The notes under the pieces: generated by a model
Database searches by the model: none
The model's input: the letters and a program-made list of their open reading frames with translations, nothing else
Told to the model about the DNA's origin: nothing
Program-made: the position numbers and the translations under genes
Part shown: positions 56,051-64,000 of the stretch, piece by piece
Position numbering within the stretch: the first letter of the stretch is position 1
Layout: every line of letters starts with the position of its first letter
Origin: Parcubacteria group bacterium
GTDB lineage: Bacteria; Patescibacteriota; Minisyncoccia; Moranbacterales; UBA2206
Length of the DNA stretch: 64,000 nucleotides
Assembly (NCBI GenBank): GCA_041659505.1
Contig: JBAZYF010000001.1
Location: 566,712 to 630,711, forward strand
Reading direction: 5' to 3'

Positions 56051-57277
56051 ATGAAAAACAAGTTTCTATTAATGCCATTGATTATTTTGAGTATAGCTTG
56101 GATTATTTGGGGTGTTGCTTTTTTGGTCTATGGTTCTGTGATGGGCAATGCTGCTTTACTAATCGGTTCTCTTATCGGAATCGGATCGATTCCTTGGGCA
56201 GATTCAAAATGTTCAGAAGGTGATATTGTCATTTTCAAACTGAGCAATGGCTTGAAAAAATTCCTTCGGGAAAATGTATTTGTGTTTGCTTTTTTTTGCG
56301 TGGTGTTGCTTTTCTCAACTTTAGCTTATCAGGGCTATGGAGCTTGGGCTGGCGCGTTGGCTGGGTGTGTCGGGTGTGGTATAGCGGCCTTTGCTATCAT
56401 AATGTTCTTTATCGACTGTAAGGAGGAATCAGTGAGAGTGGTGGCAGGAAAACCAGACAATGAAATCATGATTTCATTGTGCCGCGGAGAGATTTTGAAG
56501 AAAATACTCCGAAGCAAAGTCGTCAGACTAGGGTTACCTCTAGTCACAGGATTTTTTGGGACTCATGTTTTGATGCACCATGGCGTTTTGCTCGGTATTC
56601 TGGTCATACTGGCTGGGATTGTTGTAACATTGGCGGTATATTTCACTGATTTCATTCATTTTTCTGAGAAAGAAAAAATGGAAGATAGACTGGCTAGCGG
56701 ACCAGTGAGTGAAATCGTTGTTCCTCAGAAGAGCGATGGTGCATTAGAATATCTGGCAACAGCATATAGCGCTGCTCCTAATCATTGCATATCATCTCAC
56801 ATAGACTCCATAATCAAGCGGGCGACTCGGCTACTCAGCTATCGTAGTGATGACGGAACGGTCGGGGAAATTATCGCAACTTATCATGTTTTTATTGAAC
56901 AGTATGTCGCTAGAGCAGCAGAGTTAGTCAGGAAGTACTGGAAAGCCTTTGTGTATCTCAGCTCGGTTGATCTTGGTGAGCTATCTTCTGAAATCAGCCG
57001 TTTGCAGACTGAGATTGAAAGCGGAGATGCTTCCGCCAAAAAAACGCTTGATGAGAAGAAGATAACTAAGGCTGCGATTGAAGAGATGCGAAAAAAACAA
57101 TTGTCTATTGGGCGGGGACTTGGCGAAATCGCTGCCACGCTTGAGGCGATGGAAACAATTGTTATTTCAGCGGAAACGAGCGATGCTGATGCTAAAGATG
57201 TGCGCGATGAACTTCAGCGCACGCTTTCCACTACCACCTTGGCGATCAAAGAAACGCTTTGTGATCATGAAAAATGA
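56051..57277 (+). CDS. membrane protein (4-5 TM) with C-terminal coiled-coil domain; paralog of 60341..61132
   Basis: AGAGGGGGG SD; C-terminal 170 aa align with the paralog (RATRLL.Y...DG..GE......F..QYV.RAAELV). Confidence 0.55.
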   Translation: MKNKFLLMPLIILSIAWIIWGVAFLVYGSVMGNAALLIGSLIGIGSIPWADSKCSEGDIVIFKLSNGLKKFLRENVFVFAFFCVVLLFSTLAYQGYGAWAGALAGCVGCGIAAFAIIMFFIDCKEESVRVVAGKPDNEIMISLCRGEILKKILRSKVVRLGLPLVTGFFGTHVLMHHGVLLGILVILAGIVVTLAVYFTDFIHFSEKEKMEDRLASGPVSEIVVPQKSDGALEYLATAYSAAPNHCISSHIDSIIKRATRLLSYRSDDGTVGEIIATYHVFIEQYVARAAELVRKYWKAFVYLSSVDLGELSSEISRLQTEIESGDASAKKTLDEKKITKAAIEEMRKKQLSIGRGLGEIAATLEAMETIVISAETSDADAKDVRDELQRTLSTTTLAIKETLCDHEK

Positions 57278-57309
57278 GGATAATTAATCACTAATTTCAC
57301 AAAACATCC

Positions 57310-57349
57310 AAAACGGCTTAGATGCAAATCATCGGCCGTTTTTTATTTA
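57310..57349 (+). terminator. rho-independent terminator (AAAACGGC..GCCGTTTT + T-run), conserved with 61181-61215
   Basis: Both loops contain GATGCAAATCA. Confidence 0.55.
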
Positions 57350-57469
57350 TTCAGACTGAATATCCTATCTTCTGGACAAAGAAGAATATCTATGATACAA
57401 AGGATAGATTTGACCGTTAATAGTTTTTAGTAGTCTTAAAAACAGAATATATGGAAGGGAGGATTAGAA

Positions 57470-58246
57470 ATGACGATTGATTCATTGTCGCGATCATTGG
57501 CAAGGGGGGTGGCGAGGCATGTCGTATTGCGAGGAAAAGGAGGACCGCTGATTTTTTTGGTGGTGCTCGGTTCCGGACTTATCGGTATCGCAAGTATGCT
57601 GGCAAAATTAGGACAGTTTTTCCCGTTGATGGAAGGAGGTTTTCTGATTGTTTGTTTCTTAGCTGGCTATGTCATTTATCGAGAGGGTATGCATGATCTG
57701 GACACTCGGCGTTCGGCGCTGGAATGTCTCGTTTGGCAGGATTTTCCGATTGATGAAGAGAAGCTGTATTATCGACCTCAACTGTTGAGGGGATTGGAAC
57801 TTGGTTGCGAAGCGATTCATAAACTATTAGAACTGTCCAGGAGGAGCGAGGAGAAAGAAAGCCTTTCGCAGATATTGGATGATGCGATCAAGATGCTTGA
57901 GATGCAGCATGACTCAGTCTGTCAAGTACGAGAAGCCCGACGCATCTTGGCGTTAGTTTCAGACAGTCAGGATCGGCGAGAAAAAAATGATCCGCTATTG
58001 GCGGAGAATATCCGCGCTATGGGGGAATATGCGACAGAAGCAGAAAGCTTGATCGGGGATATCAATGACCGGTTGAAGACTGTGACCTTGCAGATAGCCC
58101 AGTTGGAAACGCGGACCAGTCAGCGCAAAGTCAATGCGACGACATTCGCGAAAGAAAATTCAGATATGCTGAAAAAACTACAGAGTGCTGTGGAGAGAAG
58201 AAAGAGTGAGGCGGCTGTTGTGATTCAAAAATTTCAGTACAACTAA
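57470..58246 (+). CDS. membrane-anchored coiled-coil hypothetical protein (258 aa)
   Basis: GGAAGGGAGG SD; two TM helices then a charged coiled-coil. Confidence 0.55.
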   Translation: MTIDSLSRSLARGVARHVVLRGKGGPLIFLVVLGSGLIGIASMLAKLGQFFPLMEGGFLIVCFLAGYVIYREGMHDLDTRRSALECLVWQDFPIDEEKLYYRPQLLRGLELGCEAIHKLLELSRRSEEKESLSQILDDAIKMLEMQHDSVCQVREARRILALVSDSQDRREKNDPLLAENIRAMGEYATEAESLIGDINDRLKTVTLQIAQLETRTSQRKVNATTFAKENSDMLKKLQSAVERRKSEAAVVIQKFQYN

Positions 58247-58266
58247 CATACACAGGAGGAAATACA

Positions 58267-60084
58267 ATGAGTAACAGAGGACAAGGTGCGGGTATGGTAT
58301 GGTTGGGCTTGGCTGGCATTGCGCTGGTCGTGATGTTGGGAATCGTGACCTATATTTCCATGTCAAAAGATCAAAAGGCCGCTCAGGCGCCGCAAGATCA
58401 GACGGCGAAACAGCAGGATGTGACAGAAAAAAAGCCACCGGTCATTCCGGGAACCGTTCAGATTTCAATCGCCAGTTCCAACACCAAGGAGGACTGGTTG
58501 CATCAGATGACTGATAAGTTCAACTCGCTTTCCAAAAGCGATGCGGTCTATCAGTTAAATGGTCAGCCGATCCGTGTGGCCATCATTCAGGAAACGATTG
58601 ATGAAAAGAAAAAGGATTACCGTTCGGGCGCGATGGTCAACGATATTCTGAATAAGAAAATCGAACCAACGATCGCTTCACCGGGGGAAGAATCTTGGAT
58701 GGACAAATTGAATAAGGAATGGCAGATCCAAAATGGCAGTGCGATCAGCAAGGCAGATGCGCCGATTCTCGTTCGCACTCCACTCGTCATTGCTATGTGG
58801 CAATCGCGAGCAACTGCGATGAAAGCTTGGCCAGACGCTGGAGCGGAAGCAAAGTGGTCGGCATTCCGTGCTCTGGCCAATAATCCGAAAGGCTGGGAAA
58901 AATATGGCCATCCGGAATGGGGCAAGTTCAAGATTGGGTATGGCTATTTCGGGGAAAGCAATTCTGGTACACTGGCGACAGTCGCCATGTGCACAGTCGG
59001 TTCGGGAAAAAAACGTCTGGAATTTTCAGAAATATCGCCGGATAGTCCGGCCGCCAAATTTCTTGGAGACATTGAGAAAAGCAAAGTGCATTCTGGCAAG
59101 AGCGATCTATGGCTTTTGGAAAAGATGATCAAAGGCGGGCAGGAATATCTGGATGCTGTTGTCACATATGAGTCAAACGTCATAATGATGAATCACAAAT
59201 TTGAAAAAGATTTGCGCGAACTGTTGGTCTGTGTTTATCCGCAAGATGGCGCAGTCATGGTCGGGCATCCGTTTGCCATTCTCGATCGTGCTCCCTGGGT
59301 CACCCTAGATCAGGCGCAGGCCGCTAAGATTTATCAGGATTTTCTGTTGGCGAAAGAGCAACAGGAACAAGTTTTGGCAGCCGGTTTGCGGCCGGCAGAT
59401 GCCAGTGTTAAATTGGCTTATCCCTTCGATGCATCACTGGGGGTGAATCCCAATGCAAAGATCGTGGAGCTGGCTCTGCCTGATCAGATGGTTATTGACC
59501 GGGTCGGTGAGGTTTGGCACAAAGTAAAAAAACATACCGTCGTTGCCCTAATTTTCGACAAATCCGGTAGTATGAGCGGTTCCAGTCTGAATAACGCAAA
59601 AAAAGGAGCCACTGAATTTGTCAACAAAATGGATCCGGAAGATATTATTGCGTGGATGCCTTTTGACTCAAAGTCATATGGCGTGCTAATCGAAGGCACC
59701 AAACAACTGATCGGTGAAAAACTGATTAGTGAACATATTGTAGGTTTGGGATCCGGTGGTAACACCGCACTTTACGATACCATTTTGGAAGCTCACAAAA
59801 ATCTGACCGATATGCGTAAGAAACATGGCGATTCATTCCGCTATGGCATCGTGGTCCTGACTGATGGCGGTGACAACAGTAGTAAGAATTCTCTCACTGA
59901 TGTTGAAGTGCAACTTCAACCAATGGAAAGCGATCCGACCGGGATCCAGATTTTCACCATCGGCATCGGTGAAGCCAAAGAGATGGTGCTTCGAACAATT
60001 GCCGCCAAAGGGAACGGGAAGTTCTACAAGGGAACGCCTGAGGAACTGCAGAAAATTTATGCCGAAATTGCGACTTATTATTAA
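58267..60084 (+). CDS. membrane-anchored protein with solute-binding-like middle domain and C-terminal von Willebrand factor A (vWA) domain
   Basis: ACAGGAGG SD; VVALIFDKSGSMSGS (MIDAS DxSxS), ..GGNTALYD.., VVLTDGGDN vWA motifs. Confidence 0.7.
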   Translation: MSNRGQGAGMVWLGLAGIALVVMLGIVTYISMSKDQKAAQAPQDQTAKQQDVTEKKPPVIPGTVQISIASSNTKEDWLHQMTDKFNSLSKSDAVYQLNGQPIRVAIIQETIDEKKKDYRSGAMVNDILNKKIEPTIASPGEESWMDKLNKEWQIQNGSAISKADAPILVRTPLVIAMWQSRATAMKAWPDAGAEAKWSAFRALANNPKGWEKYGHPEWGKFKIGYGYFGESNSGTLATVAMCTVGSGKKRLEFSEISPDSPAAKFLGDIEKSKVHSGKSDLWLLEKMIKGGQEYLDAVVTYESNVIMMNHKFEKDLRELLVCVYPQDGAVMVGHPFAILDRAPWVTLDQAQAAKIYQDFLLAKEQQEQVLAAGLRPADASVKLAYPFDASLGVNPNAKIVELALPDQMVIDRVGEVWHKVKKHTVVALIFDKSGSMSGSSLNNAKKGATEFVNKMDPEDIIAWMPFDSKSYGVLIEGTKQLIGEKLISEHIVGLGSGGNTALYDTILEAHKNLTDMRKKHGDSFRYGIVVLTDGGDNSSKNSLTDVEVQLQPMESDPTGIQIFTIGIGEAKEMVLRTIAAKGNGKFYKGTPEELQKIYAEIATYY

Positions 60085-60340
60085 GCAGCACTTAGCATAA
60101 AGGCTAACAAGCAAACGAAAGCGTTTCGGGCTCCGAAACGCTTTTTTCTATTCTAAATTTTCACTGTTCGTGCTAGAATTTGCATTAATGAAATAGTCAT
60201 AGTGATTGCGGAGAATCGCGATATTGACAAAAATGGTTATCCATAGTATATTAAACAGTTCTTTTTATTACAACGATATTTATATCAACAATAGCGGTTA
60301 AGTGCTTTATTCAACAGGGAAATTAAGGAAAGGAGAGGTT

Positions 60341-61132
60341 ATGGGAATTGTGAGAAGATTGTTTGCGAGTAATGCAGTGTCGTTTGCGCTTTTTTGCATC
60401 ACATGTCTTGTGGGCGGAATTGTTTTACGGACGCAGAGTCTCAAGGCGGGCCTTGGAACTTTCGCCATTGGCATCTGTCTCATTGCAGTTGTGTGGCTCA
60501 CAGATATCATATGGGTTGTCAATGAGCAGAAACAGAAAGGCAAATCGGCGGACGGCCTGGGCGACGAAATCATTTTTTCCGAGCGGAAAGATACCCCCTT
60601 GGAATATCTGGCCGGGTTCAGTCTTTCATCCCCGAGGGATGGGGTTGTTGTGCTGGCCGATTTAATTTTTCGAAGGGCCACGCGGTTGCTGAATTATCAA
60701 GCTGAGGATGGTGTCATCGGTGAAGTTCTCAATGCCTATCGATCTTTCATAGATCAGTATGTTGTGCGAGCGGCGGAGCTGGTCAAGAAGCATCGCAAGG
60801 CGCAAGAATTTCTCGACAATACGGATCCCGAAAAACTGGCCCGTATCATAACCGACCTGAGAGGGAAGATCAAGGGTGGCAATGTTTCGCTGCAATCGAC
60901 ACTTGATGAAAAACAGAGGACGCTGGAGGAACTCGGCGCGATGCAGGAATCGCAGAGCCAGAGTATTTTCATGCTTGAGAAAATCGATGCTACATTGGAA
61001 TCGATGGAAACTCTTGCAGTTTCAGCGGAAACCAACAGCATAAGTGCCAAGGATGTGCTTGATGAGTTGCAACGCACTATTTCCTCCACAAGTCAGGCGA
61101 TCAAAGAAACCCTTTGCAACCACGGCGGATGA
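60341..61132 (+). CDS. membrane protein (2 TM) with C-terminal domain paralogous to 56051..57277
   Basis: AAGGAAAGGAGAGG SD; duplicated promoter block (TTGACAA..TAGTATATTAAA) and duplicated terminator. Confidence 0.55.
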   Translation: MGIVRRLFASNAVSFALFCITCLVGGIVLRTQSLKAGLGTFAIGICLIAVVWLTDIIWVVNEQKQKGKSADGLGDEIIFSERKDTPLEYLAGFSLSSPRDGVVVLADLIFRRATRLLNYQAEDGVIGEVLNAYRSFIDQYVVRAAELVKKHRKAQEFLDNTDPEKLARIITDLRGKIKGGNVSLQSTLDEKQRTLEELGAMQESQSQSIFMLEKIDATLESMETLAVSAETNSISAKDVLDELQRTISSTSQAIKETLCNHGG

Positions 61133-61180
61133 ATGCGGTCAGGGCGCTAGAAAATGACACATTGTGGCCTTAAATAGGCA

Positions 61181-61215
61181 AAACGGTTCGATGCAAATCA
61201 CGGGCCGTTTTTATT
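61181..61215 (+). terminator. rho-independent terminator, paralogous to 57310-57349
   Basis: AAAACGG..CCGTTTTTATTT. Confidence 0.5.
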
Positions 61216-61397
61216 TGACTTTTCCAGTAAATATGCTACTATCAAACGTTTGGTATACATGGTTTTTTGCACAGAGGGAATGAAAACAACGGGGGAGTTT
61301 TATTCTTTCTGTGTTGAAAGTCAATGGAGTTTATGGCTGGATGAATGCAACTTAAAAACCGAATTAGGGTTAAATTAAAATGGAGGAGGGAGTGGAT

Positions 61398-61943
61398 ATG
61401 CCAGAAAAAGAATTGGAGCTTAATGTCAACTATACTGAATTGGTTTCGGATATGCGTCAGGAGTTTCTCCGGCGCGGATTTTTGAAACCGGTCAAGCCGG
61501 AAGTTTTCTTGGAAGAAAAGCTGAACGTCCAGATGAAAATTCTGGCGGAACGCGTTTCTTCACGAATGGTGCGGGACTGGGATAAGTTATTTCCCGGCGT
61601 TGTACGTTCCAATGAAATATTGCGGCGCAAGGTGGAAGAACATCTCGCAGAAAAGAAGCAGGAAGTGCTCGAACAGTTCAAAAGCGAATTGGAGCGAAAA
61701 GCAAAGATCCGGCAGGTGCTGGGTTTTATGTTTCGGCCGGCGCAACTGAATCTGATCATGGTTCTTCTCGTTTCCGGAGTGTTTATGTACCCGGCATGTT
61801 TCCTGATGTTTTTTTCCCCGAGTGATGCAAATTTGCTCTGGGGAGCCGTCGGGGCAGTGTTTACGGCACTGCTGGATGGAATATTTTTCCTGATGTATCT
61901 TTTTGCAAGAAAAAAAGAAAGTCGCCAATTGTGGAGTTCGTAG
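61398..61943 (+). CDS. hypothetical protein with C-terminal TM hairpin (about 180 aa)
   Basis: GGAGGGAGTGGAT SD then ATG; the track's upstream ATG lies inside the SD. Confidence 0.5.
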   Translation: MPEKELELNVNYTELVSDMRQEFLRRGFLKPVKPEVFLEEKLNVQMKILAERVSSRMVRDWDKLFPGVVRSNEILRRKVEEHLAEKKQEVLEQFKSELERKAKIRQVLGFMFRPAQLNLIMVLLVSGVFMYPACFLMFFSPSDANLLWGAVGAVFTALLDGIFFLMYLFARKKESRQLWSS

Positions 61944-61994
61944 ATATCGCAGTTAACCATGAACTATGAAATATGAAAGTGAAAGGAGTAGCTT

Positions 61995-63116
61995 ATGTTT
62001 GGATGCAAAAAAAACGTATGTTTCGTATTCACCCTGTTTTGTCTGCTGGCGTTCAGTGCTTGTGGACCAGTGTATGAACAGGATAAACTTGTTCTTAAGC
62101 TGAGCAGTCTCGGCAATCGAGATGCAACAGTTGCCAACAAAAATGAACAGGTGAAAGAAAATACGGAAAAAAAACCGATCACGGAAGGCACTGAAAAAAT
62201 AGACCAAGCGGAAAAAAAGACAGAGGTAGTGGATGGTGATGCGGAAAATTATCAATCGGAGTTGTTAACCGCTTTTCGGTCCTATATGTTTTTCCCCACT
62301 CCAGGAGTAAGGTTCTTGCCTTTCCCAAAAGGCAATCAGGCATATTGTTTTTCCAGGGGAAAAAGTCTCGAATCACCGAAGGATGAGCATTTCAAACTGA
62401 ATGCAGCGGATGGAGTTATTTCAGCGAATGTGACGGTACACATGCACGTCGCGGATGAATTTCCCGACATCAAGGACCGACTATTGAAATTCGTGAAGAC
62501 ATATAGTCTCACGCAATTTTCCAATTCGGAAAATGTCCTGACTGACTTTATGAGTTCTCGATTTCAACCGATCCTTTATGCCGGATATCAGAATTACTTT
62601 TCCGGCAGAAAAGTGTTGGAGCTGGTGCGGGACAAGAAGGGGATTAACAAGTACATGCTGGCCTATATGAATGAAAAATATAATCAGTATGGCTTGGTTT
62701 TCACTTTGGTTTCCGTCACTTCTGCAATGAGTTTTGATGAAGAGCAGCAGGAGCGGATGAATAAAATTATCGTCAAGGAAGCTGAGGCGGTCGCGATGGG
62801 GATAAGAAATAAACAAGTTTCTCCCTTGATCCAGGAAATCCGCAAACTGGAGCTTGAAGGCAAAGACGAAGAAGCGCGGCTAACTTACGAAGCTAATGCG
62901 CAAGCCACTGAAAGAGTGGCTAAGGCTTGGGAAATGCGTCGAAAGCTTGTGATCGAGCAGATTGGTTCTGGCAATTATTTCCGTTGGGAGCAGTCCAAGT
63001 TGATGGTGGATGCTCTTATGCAGAAGAAAACAACTGTGCGGATCGTTCCGTCGGGAGCTAATTTATTCCTTGGCGGTTTTAATCAGGCAATTCCGACAAT
63101 AACGGACGTGAAATAA
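61995..63116 (+). CDS. lipoprotein with C-terminal SPFH/band-7-like coiled region
   Basis: GAAAGGAG SD; lipobox LLAFSAC; C-terminal charged-helix pattern. Confidence 0.55.
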   Translation: MFGCKKNVCFVFTLFCLLAFSACGPVYEQDKLVLKLSSLGNRDATVANKNEQVKENTEKKPITEGTEKIDQAEKKTEVVDGDAENYQSELLTAFRSYMFFPTPGVRFLPFPKGNQAYCFSRGKSLESPKDEHFKLNAADGVISANVTVHMHVADEFPDIKDRLLKFVKTYSLTQFSNSENVLTDFMSSRFQPILYAGYQNYFSGRKVLELVRDKKGINKYMLAYMNEKYNQYGLVFTLVSVTSAMSFDEEQQERMNKIIVKEAEAVAMGIRNKQVSPLIQEIRKLELEGKDEEARLTYEANAQATERVAKAWEMRRKLVIEQIGSGNYFRWEQSKLMVDALMQKKTTVRIVPSGANLFLGGFNQAIPTITDVK

Positions 63117-63147
63117 ATTCAATTGCAGATCAAGGAGAATTCAAGCG

Positions 63148-64000
63148 ATGAAAAAATCAATTATTACAATTGTTGGTTGCATATTTCTGATTATAGGATT
63201 TGCCGGTTGCGGTCTGATGCATAAAGAACAAGACGAATTGGCATTCGAATATTGCGTAACAGATGGAAAGCCGGTGAATCCCAAGGATAATCCGTTGTTG
63301 CCCTATGGAGTTCATGGATATATTGGATGGAATACGGAAATCTTTCGTGTTACCAGCCAGTCACATCAATACGCGATGACGGCTGAGATTACGAAATCGA
63401 GTCCATATGATGAAGCGGCCACGTTTGATTCGCATGAAGGCGCTACCATCAAAGTGAATTTTACCACGATGGGACACGTTGAAAATATCTGGATTTTCTA
63501 TGATAATTTTGGAAACAACCAGTACAAACTGTCTGGTGAATTTTCCGAAATTAAGGATCCGCGGATATATGAGGCGATCCGAGAAGCCAGTCACTATGCC
63601 ATGGCAGTATTTGTTGAAATGGCGGAAGATATGTCGGCAACCACGATCAAAAAAAGTCCCGACCAGATGAACAAGGAAGCGACGAAGCGGACCAGGGAAT
63701 ATATGAAACAGTTTGGCTTCTATGTCGATGACATCTTTCTTTCCGGACCAATCACTTTTCCTGGTGGTGATGCTATTACTACTGCCTATAATACCACCGG
63801 CGTTGCCAATTCTGAAGTGGAAGAGGCGAGGCAGGATAAAGAAAAAATGCTCGAGACCAAAAAGAGCATGATTGACCGGGGCAAGCGGGAAGCGGACAAA
63901 ATTTTGTCCGAAGCCTCTCGCGAAGCCAACCGGTTGACGGCTGAGGCTGAAGCGATGGCGATGGATATGAAACAGTCCATTGCTCAGATCGGCCTGGACA
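63148..64000 (+). CDS. lipoprotein, 3'-truncated by the window edge; C-terminal SPFH-like coiled region
   Basis: AAGGAGA SD; lipobox GFAGC; open frame to the window end (not in the ORF track because it has no stop). Confidence 0.5.
   Translation, partial: MKKSIITIVGCIFLIIGFAGCGLMHKEQDELAFEYCVTDGKPVNPKDNPLLPYGVHGYIGWNTEIFRVTSQSHQYAMTAEITKSSPYDEAATFDSHEGATIKVNFTTMGHVENIWIFYDNFGNNQYKLSGEFSEIKDPRIYEAIREASHYAMAVFVEMAEDMSATTIKKSPDQMNKEATKRTREYMKQFGFYVDDIFLSGPITFPGGDAITTAYNTTGVANSEVEEARQDKEKMLETKKSMIDRGKREADKILSEASREANRLTAEAEAMAMDMKQSIAQIGLD

Noticed and set aside
1-64000. CRISPR arrays
   Set aside because: No series of three or more regularly spaced direct repeats with unique spacers was found. 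The only tandem repeat (26661-26744) has two adjacent copies without spacers.
1-64000. tRNA, rRNA or tmRNA genes
   Set aside because: Intergenic regions were scanned by eye for acceptor or T-arm-like GGTTCGAATCC-type signatures and none was seen. This is a weak negative, since a proper tRNAscan or Infernal run was not possible.
1-64000. Alternative genetic code (UGA recoded, as in some CPR lineages)
   Set aside because: Long uninterrupted standard-code ORFs for rpoB, rpoC, fusA, recA, ftsK and the RND gene, ending at conventional stops, show code 11 is in use.
1-64000. Reverse transcriptase, DGR or retron components
   Set aside because: No ORF with RT motifs (YxDD and related) and no template/variable repeat pair was seen.

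Overview
This 64-kb window is a gene-dense fragment of a streamlined bacterial chromosome that uses standard genetic code 11 and mostly GGAGG-type Shine-Dalgarno sites. Repeated TrmB-family regulators, many small membrane-anchored hypotheticals, a membrane-bound SNase and a missing tuf after fusA are consistent with a Patescibacteria/CPR-like organism, but that placement is inference. No rRNA, tRNA or CRISPR array was recognised. Housekeeping genes present: recQ, rpoB-rpoC, ftsK, recA, ndk, rpmB, rpsL-rpsG-fusA, a rodZ-like gene, an M50 site-2 protease, an MFP-RND efflux pair, a PGRP-type amidase and a GT2 plus GT-C glycosylation pair. The most interesting signals are: (1) three decaying copies of the recQ 3' end bracketing about 4 kb of regulator-rich cargo, which look like nested integrations at recQ; (2) two GC-rich 21-bp palindromes inserted in frame inside recQ, related to an intergenic AGACG...CGTCT hairpin family; (3) a composite REP/BIME-like or MITE-like repeat family placed right after stop codons at four loci, one inside the MFP-RND operon; (4) a degenerate pair of receiver-like proteins next to a radical-SAM/SPASM enzyme; (5) a phage-flavoured cluster after fusA, where tuf would be expected (AntA-like antirepressor, membrane SNase, divergent ClpP-like protease, dual zinc-ribbon protein), whose promoters share a TTTTTGCTATAAT box and a 42-bp palindrome; (6) a YjfL/YjfM/YjfC-type trio (DUF350 membrane protein, Gly-rich DUF1190-like lipoprotein, glutathionylspermidine-synthase-like ligase); (7) a 72-bp-arm inverted repeat upstream of ftsK and a conserved 5' leader hairpin shared by rpsL and the rodZ-like gene; (8) segmentally duplicated membrane-protein modules with conserved promoters and terminators at 51-61 kb. 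CDS coordinates follow the supplied ORF track, with start codons re-chosen by arithmetic from it. Coordinates of non-CDS features were read from the line labels and may be off by 1-2 nt.
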